From the IMG/VR virus record IMGVR_UViG_3300047157_000186: a stretch of 64,000 nucleotides of DNA. One strand, 5' to 3'. A program made the position numbers and the translations under genes. The notes beneath the pieces were generated by a model. The model was not told the DNA's origin and searched no databases. It saw only the letters and a list, made by a program, of their open reading frames with translations. Of the stretch, positions 55,489-64,000 are shown one piece after another; positions within the stretch are counted from its first letter, which is position 1, and each line of letters starts with the position of its first letter. The stretch comes from a virus. Lineage: Duplodnaviria > Caudoviricetes.

Positions 55489-55544
55489 AAATTCCGGTGG
55501 TATGAAACAAGACCACATTTTAGGACCGTTTTAGTTAACGGGTT

Positions 55545-55582
55545 GGGCAGAGAAGTTTCGCTACTATCTCTGCCCTTTTTTT
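55545..55582 (+). terminator. Intrinsic terminator after nrdA
   Basis: GC-rich stem GGGCAGAGA / TCTCTGCCC followed by T7. Confidence 0.85.
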
Positions 55583-55596
55583 GTTCATTAATTATT

Positions 55597-55624
55597 GAAA
55601 CTATTTCAAATAACTCGGTATAAT
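55597..55624 (+). promoter_or_regulatory. Bipartite promoter GAAAC-N17-TATAAT
   Basis: Directly after the terminator, upstream of the clamp-like gene and polymerase part B. Confidence 0.6.
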
Positions 55625-55656
55625 ATTCAAATATCATTATCTAAAAATAACAAATT

Positions 55657-56400
55657 ATGAAATTAAAAATTGATCGCATTGACCAACATGCACTAACAGA
55701 GTTTATCAATCGTGTTAAACTTATCGACTCTTTCATTTATATGAAAATTAAAGAGGGACAAATCCACTCAACTGTTTATCTACCACAAAGAGATGCCGTA
55801 AAGCACCACTCTATCGCAGCAGATAAAATCTTTCAAGTAAGTGAATGGCCAGACACTGATAAAGAAATGAAAATTGCATTCTTTGAAGGTAACAAAGTTA
55901 TTGAAGCAATTAAGCATTTTGATCATGACGCAATTAAAGGTGAATTGGAATTTATTGAAAACGATGAAGAATTCGTTGCATCTACATTACGTATATTCAA
56001 TGACGAATTAGAAATTACACTTTCTTGTTCAGAGCCTTCATTAGGATTTAAAGATCTTTCACAAGATCAACGTGATGCAATCTTTGCAAGATCAGATTCT
56101 AAATTTGATTTTACACTTGATACACATTCTATTGGTAAAGTTAAAAACCTATTCTCACTTGATAAAGATGAAACATTCGGTATCAATTCAGACGTGCAAG
56201 GAATCAATGTAAATGGAAAATCATTTAACGTAGTTCTTAATCCTGATACAAGCGGAAATGGTAACGTTACTGTTTACAAAAAGTATTTAAATTTATTAGA
56301 CAAAGAAGAGCAAACGGTATATGTGTCAGACTCGAAGGTTGTATTTGAATCAAACGATTCAGAAACTTTATTGACAATCTCAACTTGCCAAACTGCATAA
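55657..56400 (+). CDS. Probable sliding clamp (gp45/PCNA-like)
   Basis: 247 aa, acidic, two-domain alpha/beta pattern and clamp-like size, coupled to the polymerase; no diagnostic motif seen. Confidence 0.45.
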   Translation: MKLKIDRIDQHALTEFINRVKLIDSFIYMKIKEGQIHSTVYLPQRDAVKHHSIAADKIFQVSEWPDTDKEMKIAFFEGNKVIEAIKHFDHDAIKGELEFIENDEEFVASTLRIFNDELEITLSCSEPSLGFKDLSQDQRDAIFARSDSKFDFTLDTHSIGKVKNLFSLDKDETFGINSDVQGINVNGKSFNVVLNPDTSGNGNVTVYKKYLNLLDKEEQTVYVSDSKVVFESNDSETLLTISTCQTA

Positions 56401-56403
56401 TAA

Positions 56404-57613
56404 ATGACAATAGAAGAGTTAGAACAAAAATCAATTGAACAACTTACAGATGATGAGGCAAAGCTGCTTGTAGACCACTACAAGCAGCTGTCTGCCAAAT
56501 TCACAGCATATGAGCAAGCTGTTAAGTTAACTCTTAACTCTATTTATGGAGCATTTGGTAATAAGTGGTTCCACTTTTTTAATCTTGACATTGCTGAATC
56601 AATTACTAAACAAGGTAAGAATGCAATTCTTTATTCCGAAACAATTCTTAACAAATACGTTAATGATTTTTGGCACAAAGATACTGCAGTACATGATAAA
56701 TTCAACATCAAAGTAAAGGGTAAAATTGAAAAACCCGCAGTAATTTATATTGATACCGATTCATGTTATGTACAGTTTCAAGATTTATATGAATCTATAA
56801 TTTGGCCAGACGAAGATAAAAAATTACCGATTGATGAATTTATTTTAGCGTTTTATGCATTTAGATTAAAAGATTACATATCTAAAACCATGGAAAAATA
56901 CGCAGAGAAAAGAAACACAGATAATTTCTTATTCTTTGAATTAGAATCATTAGCGTATAATGGTATTTGGATGTCTAAAAAGAAATACATTCAAAATCTA
57001 GCATGGGATGATAAACTAGAAGTAACTGAACGCCAATCCTTCATTAAAAAAGGTAAAAACTATTGGATTTGACACAATTCAATCTTCAACTCCTAAGTTT
57101 GCTAGAGAGAAGTTAGTAGAAGCACTTAGAATTTTATTCTCATCAGAGATTCAACCATCAGCAAAAGAATTACAACAGCTTGTTGAGTTTATGAAGCAAT
57201 GTAAAAAAGAATTTAAATTAGCAGACATTGACGATATCGCTTTTAATAAAAGAACAAATAATATTGACAAATATATTATTGATGATCAAGAAGAATTACA
57301 AATAGGTTTAAAATGTCCAGCTAATGTAAAAGCCGCAGGATATTATAATTATATTTTAAATAACAATAAAAAATATAAAAACAAATATAAACTTATTGCT
57401 AATGGTGAAAAACTTAAAATATACAATTGTATAGGATCAATTAGTGAAGTATATGCTTTTATGCCAAACGAACATCCTTATGAAATAGCACCTAAAGTAG
57501 ATTACGATACTCAATTTGAGAAGGCAATGATTGATCCTCTTAATAGAGTACTCACAGCAATAGGTTTACAAACACTAGATACTAATCTAATATATGCTTC
57601 GGCATTATTTTAA
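56404..57613 (+). CDS. gp43B: Family B DNA polymerase, C-terminal part (motifs B, C, thumb); apparent frameshifts near 57040-57190
   Basis: Motif B QAVKLTLNSIYGAFGN, motif C YIDTDS, SKKKY; continues in the 57191-57613 ORF (KAAGYYN...DYDTQFEKAMIDPL). Confidence 0.88.
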
Positions 57614-57624
57614 AAAACATTATT

Positions 57625-57783
57625 ATGAATACACCAACATTTTACGAAACAATTAAAAGTTTAATAAAGCAATATCCTAATGACATGGAATTAGGAAGCG
57701 CAGTTAGACATTTAGATTGGAAAATTGAAGAATCAAATCAAAAAGATCCAAATCAATTAGAAATACAATTTCCAAATAATTAA
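57625..57783 (+). CDS. Small hypothetical protein (52 aa)
   Basis: MNTPTFYETIKSLIKQYPNDMELGSAVRHLDWKIEE...; fills the gap with a good start context. Confidence 0.5.
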   Translation: MNTPTFYETIKSLIKQYPNDMELGSAVRHLDWKIEESNQKDPNQLEIQFPNN

Positions 57784-57786
57784 TAC

Positions 57787-57984
57787 ATGGACATTAAGTT
57801 AACTCCAAAACAACAAGAACATGTTGATGCATATAATGTGATTCTTAATAGAATAAATGGTATTCAATTAAAAATTGATAAACTTAAGGACGAAGCAGCT
57901 GAAGCTCTTGCTGAATTAAATAGACTTAGAAGAGAAGAGCAGTTGATGTTTCCAGAAAATAACACAGAAGAAACAAACGATTAG
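57787..57984 (+). CDS. Small coiled-coil hypothetical protein
   Basis: 65 aa with a heptad pattern. Confidence 0.5.
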   Translation: MDIKLTPKQQEHVDAYNVILNRINGIQLKIDKLKDEAAEALAELNRLRREEQLMFPENNTEETND

Positions 57985-57997
57985 TTTGTGGTATAAT
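57970..57997 (+). promoter_or_regulatory. Bipartite promoter GAAAC-N17-TATAAT
   Basis: Upstream of the recombinase gene. Confidence 0.6.
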
Positions 57998-58016
57998 ATA
58001 AAAACAACAATAACAC

Positions 58017-59126
58017 ATGGCAAAGAAAGATTTTAGTTTTGACGATATAAACGCAGAGTTAAAGGCATTAAATCCTATGGGATCAATTATGGCAGACTCA
58101 ACCTTTAGTGAAGTTACAGAGTGGATCGACACTGGTAATTATCATTTAAACGCATGTGTTAGTGGTTCACTATTTGGTGGATGGCCAAACAATAGAACAT
58201 GTTCAATTGCAGGACCTTCAGGAACTGGTAAAACATTCTTAGTATTGAACTCAGTAAAAAGAGCAATTGATATGGGATATAATGTGATCTATTATGATAG
58301 TGAAGCTGCAGTAGATAAAGATCAGATGGAAAAGTTTGGTATTGATGTTACTAAAGTAAATTATCAACCAATTAACACTGTTCAAGAATTTAGAACATCA
58401 GTTACTACATTAACTAGCTAAAATGCAAGAAATCAAAAGAATGGTGGTAAAACTCCAAAAGTCATGATGATTCTTAGATTCTGCTGGTAACTTAGCAACA
58501 CAAAAAGAAATTGATGATGCTAAAATCAGGTTCTGAAAAAGCAGATATGACAAGATCTAAGGTTTTAAAATCTATTTTTAGAATTATTATGACGCCATTG
58601 GCAGATCTTAAGATACCATTTATTTTTACTAATCACACATATCAAACTCAAGATTTTATATCAAGACAAGTAGCTGGTGGTGGAACTGGACCAGAATATG
58701 CAGCATCAATTGTTCTATTCTTAGGAAAGGCACAACTTAAAGAATCTAGTGGTGAAAAAGCTGGTATTATTGTAACTGCTAAACCAAATAAGAATCGTTT
58801 TGCAAAACCACATAATATTAAATTCCACTTACACTTTACAGAAGGTATGAACAGATATGTTGGGTTAGAACAATATATTGATTGGGAAGAAATTGGTATT
58901 ACAAAAGGTGTTATTGAAAAGGGTGAAAAGATTCCTAAGAAGACTGCAAGAAATTGGATCTGTAAACATTTAGATGAGTCAGTACCTAATAAAGAGTTCT
59001 TTCAGAAAAAGTATTTACAAAAGAAGTACTTAGAAAATTGAAGCAAGAATAGAACACGTGTTCAATTATAATACTGAAGAAAGAGAAATTGATTTAGAAG
59101 AAATACTAGAAACAGATGCAGATTAA
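58017..59126 (+). CDS. uvsX: RecA/UvsX-family recombinase (apparent frameshifts)
   Basis: IDTGNYHLN, Walker A GPSGTGKT, YYDSEAA, LDSAGN, FTNHTYQ, GGGTGPEYAAS, KNRF. Confidence 0.88.
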
Positions 59127-59431
59127 TGAGGATAAGTCTGCCTATAAAATACGTATTAGGTATAGAAAAGGACTTACCAAATTATCCAAGTGCATTTGAT
59201 ATATTATTAGCTGAAATTAAATTATGTGTCAGAATGCCCGACAGACATAAGGGTAACTTTACTTTACATGCTTTAAAAACATATAGGTTTCCAGAAACAG
59301 AAGAAAATCATTTATTAAAATCTATTAATGAGTTAATGGAATTAGGATTTGTAGAAGAATTAAATACTGAGAAGGTAAAGAATCTTGGAAAATCAAAACT
59401 AACCCATTCGAATGATAGTAGTAATAGATAA
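59126..59431 (+). CDS. Hypothetical protein (possibly winged-helix-like; 3' end uncertain)
   Basis: 101-aa ORF coupled to the recombinase stop codon. Confidence 0.4.
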   Translation: MRISLPIKYVLGIEKDLPNYPSAFDILLAEIKLCVRMPDRHKGNFTLHALKTYRFPETEENHLLKSINELMELGFVEELNTEKVKNLGKSKLTHSNDSSNR

Positions 59432-59956
59432 TTTCATTAAAGACCAAGATTTGTTAAGAGATATATCAAATGATATAAATTTCTTTTCAGATCCTGGTGT
59501 TTATTACTGGTGGGATGGTTGGTGGAACGGTGAAGCTAAGTCACTAAAAAAGATTAATAGAACATATTTGGGCAGATAATTGCCCACTTAGTGAAGCTAT
59601 AGCAATTAGAGGTTTTGAATATTGGACAGGTATTCAAACGGCAGATCCAAATATGGGATTTGAAAATAATTTAGGAGGTCATTTCGATAAAGATGAAGAA
59701 CTTTTTGAAAAAACAGGAAAATTAGTAACGCCTTCAATGGGAACTGTATATTATCCAGAACAAGACAGAGTTTGAAGGTGGTATGTTAGAAATTTACAGT
59801 GAAGGTGAAGATAATCCACCAGAGGTAGTGTATGCTAAACCAAATAGATTAGTAATTTTTGATGCAGGTAAATATGTGCATTCAGTTAGACCAGTTACTA
59901 AAGGTACTAGAAAGGCCATCGCTATTAATTTATGGGAACATTACCTTATTAGGTAA
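59412..59956 (+). CDS. 2OG-Fe(II) oxygenase, prolyl-hydroxylase-like (apparent frameshifts)
   Basis: MIVVIDNFIKD start; GFEYW, GHFDKDE (HxD), NRLVIFD, VHSVRPVTKGTRKAIAINLW (distal His and Arg) across frames. Confidence 0.7.
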
Positions 59957-59999
59957 ACAAAACAATATTTCCATAGAAGGATAAAGTAATAAACAATAT

Positions 60000-61310
60000 A
60001 TGCAATTCGGACAAGACTTTGAAAAAATATTCTTTAGATTATCATTAGTTAAAAGCCTAAGTATCTACAAAGCTATTAAAACAACTTTTATACATCAGAA
60101 GAAATTGATATTTAAGTTTTTTAGCTAATAAATTCTATGCTAAATTTAATGAAACTCCAACTAAAGATCAATTAGTTATTAGTTCAAAGATCATGAAAAA
60201 GCAAAAGAAAAAATCACAGAAGATATTTTAGATCTAGTATTTGATGTAGACTTAGATCAATACGACGAAGAGTGGTTAACTACTACTGCAGAATCATGGA
60301 TTAAATGGAGAACTTTTGAATACTCTAATAGATACTATTGAATTTATTAAAACTACAAGGTAACACCTGAAAATGTAGAGCATTGTTACCAAAAGTTAAA
60401 GGGTCTTATTAATGATAGAAATAATTTATCATTTAATTCTGATTTAGGTCTTGATTTCTTTGAAGTAGATTCACATGATCAAAAAGAATACAGAGAAAGT
60501 AAGTACTGGATATAACTTTTTAGATAGAATGTTAGGTGGTGGTTATGACAAAGGAGGTAATTTAATTGTATATGCAGGTGAACAAAACATTGGTAAATCA
60601 ATATACTTAGCAAATGATGCAGCCAACTTTGTTAAAATGGGAACTAACACTGTAGTATTACTGCAGAAATGGCAGCTCATAAATTTGTAAAAGAATAGGT
60701 TCAAATCTTCTTAATATTAATATTAATGACTATGCTGATAAAGCTAAAAACAAAGATCATATTAAGCGTAGATTAGAAACTGTTGGTGATGGATTTACTC
60801 CACCTGGTTCAACTATTCGTTAAACAATTTCCAACATCACAGGCAACAGTATTAGATATTGAAGCTTATGTTAATCAAATAGAAGAAGAGCGTACAAATA
60901 AAAGTTGGTGCAGTTGTTATTGACTATATTAACATTCTTAGCTAATTACAGAAATCAAAATACGGAAAATACTTATATGAAGATCAAGCAAATTGCAGAA
61001 GATCTTAGAGCTATGGGTATTCGTAATAATTGGTTAATTGTAACAGCAACACAAATAAACAGAAATGGCTATAATTCTTCAGATATTTCAATGACAGACG
61101 TTGCAGAATCTGCAGGTCTTTCACATACAGCTGATGTAATGTTAGGTATTATTCAAGATGATCTTAATGCGAGCTAACCAAGAATATTGGTTAAAGGTTC
61201 TTAAAAATTAGAGATGGTGAAGGTAAAGGAACTAAATGTAAATTAAATATTAATTGGAATTACATGAGGTTAATCGAAACCGAAGAAATTACTAACTCAA
61301 ACTTACATAA
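60000..61310 (+). CDS. gp41: Replicative DNA helicase, T4 gp41/DnaB-like (multiple apparent frameshifts)
   Basis: STGYNFLDRMLGGG, Walker A AGEQNIGKS, IDYINIL, TATQINR, AESAGLSHTAD. Confidence 0.85.
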
Positions 61311-61324
61311 AAATAAATATAATT

Positions 61325-61765
61325 ATGGCAAAAAACGATAAAATTTTTAATAATAGTTTTGACACACCAGACATTTGAGTTTGGTAATATTAATTTTGAA
61401 TTAGATCCTAACGTAAAAGATAATAAAGACGAAGAAGATAAAATTCATTTGAATGATCGCCAGAAAATACACATGATTAATTGAACTGTTTCTAGATTTA
61501 AAGTTTTTAATGAAGTAGATGATTTAGGAAGATGTAATACTCTTAAAAAGGCAGACATTAATGAGTATATACGGATATATCATAGATGAAATGGCAGCTA
61601 AAAATAGCTAATATAGATTTATTTAGCGAATTATGTGTATATTTTGATATTAATCCTACAAAATTTTATAGTTCTCTTTCTAATGTATATAAAGAAGATC
61701 TTAATTCAAGAATTAGATAACAAAACAGGTATTTTAGAAAAGAAGAACATTAAAAATTATTTTAA
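61325..61765 (+). CDS. Hypothetical protein (frameshifted)
   Basis: ATG at 61325 with a typical start context; the reading frame is broken by indels before the next gene. Confidence 0.35.
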
Positions 61766-62878
61766 ATGATTGAACCCAAAGTAATTGGGCAAGGTGCCAA
61801 TCGAGTATGGGTTCTTGGAGATTTACACTTTGGTGTAAGAGCAAATTCTATAGAGTGGCTAGATATTCAAAAAGACTTCTTCGAAGAAGTATTTATCCCT
61901 ACATTAAAGAAACATGTACAACCTGGTGATGTCCTAGTACAAGTAGGAGATACCTTTGATAATAGACAATCTATTAATATTAAAGTATTAAATTACGCAG
62001 TAATCTATTTGAAAGACTAGGTGAAATTTTACCAGTTCATGTAATATGTGGTAATCATGATATATGGGCTAAGAAGTCAAATGATATAACATCGATCGAT
62101 AGTTTAAAATGGATTCCTAATGTTCAGATTTATAAAGAACCAGAGTTATTAAATTGGTCTGGTAAGAAAATATTAATGATGCCATGGAGAAGAGATGCAG
62201 AACATGAAACAGAAACTCTAGCAGATTACCCACAAGCAGATATTGTATATTGTCACTCTGAAGTTAGAGGTATTTACCTTAATGCTAAAGTTAAGAATGA
62301 ACACGGTACAGATTCTAATATTTATGACAAGTATACAAGAGTTTACTAGTGGACATATTCACTTTAGACAAGAGCGTGGTAAATTATTAATGGTTGGAAC
62401 TCCATATCAATTAACAAGATCAGATCGCTAATAATACAAAGGGTTTTGATCTTGTAGATTTAAAACATATGGAAGAACATTTTTGAGAATGACGTTTCAC
62501 CCTAAATTCTTAAATACAATATTATAGCAACTATATGACATTCCATTAGGTCACATTTAAAACAAATAAAAATAATTTTGTAGATTTATTTGTACCTTCT
62601 ACAAATAGCTACAACAAATGCGTTAAGCCAATTAATCAACAAAATTCAAAATATTAGTAGAAAATTAGAACCAAATATTTATCAAGAAGAAAACTACATT
62701 GATAAAGATTTTTATGACATAATGAAGATAGAAGAAATGTATAAGAATTACAATATCCTTAAATTTATGTAACATGTATGTTGATAGTATAAATGATGAT
62801 GAGGAAACCAAAAAACTAAAGAGCAAGTTAAAACAATTGTACACTCAATGTGCATATAACTACGATACAGAAATATGA
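61766..62878 (+). CDS. gp47: Mre11/SbcD-like recombination nuclease, T4 gp47-like (frameshifted)
   Basis: LGDLHFG, VGDTFD, CGNHD, SGHIH metallophosphoesterase motifs. Confidence 0.88.
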
Positions 62879-64000
62879 GAATAGATTTTATAGAATTTAA
62901 GAACTTTGCTTCTTATGGAAATCAACTACAAAGAATAGAATTTGATCCAGAACAATCAAAGTTATTTTTAACACTTGGTAAAAATGGTGATGGTAAAACT
63001 ACTATCGCAAATGCAATTATATATGCGCTTTATGGTAAAGTTGAAGGTGTAAAACTTTCAGATCTACCAAATAGAATTAATAAAGAACTGCATGTTAAGA
63101 TTGGTTTAACATGTGGGCCACTATGATGATAGAAATAGAAAGAGGTTTACTACCTAATAAGATTTAGTGTAAAATTAAATGGAGTTGAGTTTGATAAAGC
63201 AGGTAAAAAATCTGTACAAGATTATTTAGAAGAAGAGGTATTTGGTATTCCATATCATGTATTTAAAAACATAATTATTATTATCAGTAAATGATTTTAA
63301 ATCATTTTTAACAATGTCTAATCAAGATAAAAAACAAATCATTGATAAATGTTTGGTTTCTCTATTCTTAATGATATGCAAATGTCAAATAAAGACTGAA
63401 CGAGAGATATTAAAATGGACATTGATTCTTATGAAGCTGAATTAAATGAAATAATGAATTCAATTGGATCGGTTAAGGTAAACTAAATACTTTATTAGAA
63501 GAATCTAACACTGCAAAAATAAATCTAAAATAGAGAATTAAAAGATAATTTAGTAGCTCTTCATGAAAGTGTATTAGATATTGAAGCAATCGTACAACAA
63601 AGAAGAGGGTGCAATGAAAACCTTCAATACTCAATATAACGAAAAGAACTGATGCATGGAGATATTAAAAGAGAAATAGATTATCTAAATAAGAAAGTTA
63701 AAGTTATATGAAAGTGGTCATTGTCCAACATGTGAAACACAGTTAGATAGTGAATGGCATTTAGAACAAAAAGAACACTTTTGTACTAAAATAGAAGAAG
63801 ACACATTGAGTATTAAATCACTCAAGGAGGCATTAGATTCTATAAAATCTAATATTTCAAAATTAAGAAGCGAAAAAGGTGATATAGAAAGTAAAACATC
63901 AGATATCAAATATAGTATGAAATCTTTTAAATCAGAACTTCTTAAAATAAAAGAAACGCCTGATGATTCTCAATTTGAACATCTTAAAAATTTAATAAAG
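62875..64000 (+). CDS. gp46: Rad50/SbcC-like ATPase, T4 gp46-like (frameshifted, 3'-truncated)
   Basis: FKNFASYGN, Walker A GKNGDGKTT, coiled coil and zinc hook CPTC near 63720. Confidence 0.88.

Noticed and set aside
52600-56560. Split intein joining the two polymerase halves
   Set aside because: Part A does not end in a Cys/Ser-initiated intein-N segment and part B has no His-Asn-Cys/Ser/Thr junction before motif B.
743-63909. All minus-strand ORFs in the supplied track (e.g. 743-1054, 7358-7756, 41555-42004)
   Set aside because: Each lies antisense to a longer, motif-bearing plus-strand gene, has Ser/Leu/Ile/Phe-rich shadow composition and no recognisable motif.
29017-64000. Pseudogenes or programmed frameshifting in ssb, primase, polB, uvsX, gp41, gp47, gp46
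   Set aside because: Breaks are numerous, irregular single-base indels in essential genes, clustered regionally and without slippery heptamers; sequencing error is more parsimonious.
1-64000. Stop-codon reassignment (TAG or TGA) as in some jumbo and crAss-like phages
   Set aside because: Very long ORFs are intact in the standard code, and the broken genes need frame changes, not read-through.

Overview
A very AT-rich 64 kb segment of a large T4-like (myovirus-type, probably jumbo) bacteriophage. All credible genes are on the + strand. A Bacteroidota (Flavobacteriia-like) host is inferred from the lack of Shine-Dalgarno motifs and from the RNR and LOG sequence types. The window has five blocks. 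(1) 1-27.6 kb is a virion module: neck gp13-like, gp25- and gp6-like baseplate proteins, a 2691-aa Ig-like adhesin fusion, a collagen/Pro-Thr fibre and a BACON-like/Pro-Thr protein with a C-terminal Hint domain. (2) 28-33.2 kb carries RuvC-like, gp32 SSB, gp61 primase, UvsY and UvsW. (3) 33.2-44.9 kb is an array of 11 genes sharing a T4-internal-protein-like capsid-targeting motif (MKHxKLFExF..NE) and x-x-E protease sites. It includes a polyprotein whose modules are joined by nucleotide-identical 18-bp ESVVTE linkers and an RNA-ligase-fold + HIGH-nucleotidyltransferase gene pair. (4) 45.4-51.3 kb is a candidate DNA-hypermodification cluster: two aGPT-Pplase/amino-acid:DNA-transferase-like genes, a PLP enzyme, LOG, an SGNH-fold protein and two all-alpha NTP-pyrophosphatase-like genes. 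(5) 51.3-64 kb is the replication core, with a family B DNA polymerase split into two genes around a class Id-type nrdB/nrdA pair and a clamp-like gene, then UvsX, a 2OG-Fe(II) oxygenase, gp41, gp47 and gp46. Two recurring promoter motifs were found. Many single-base frameshifts at 29-31.3 kb and 57-64 kb look like long-read consensus errors. All family assignments come from motif recognition by eye; no database search was run.
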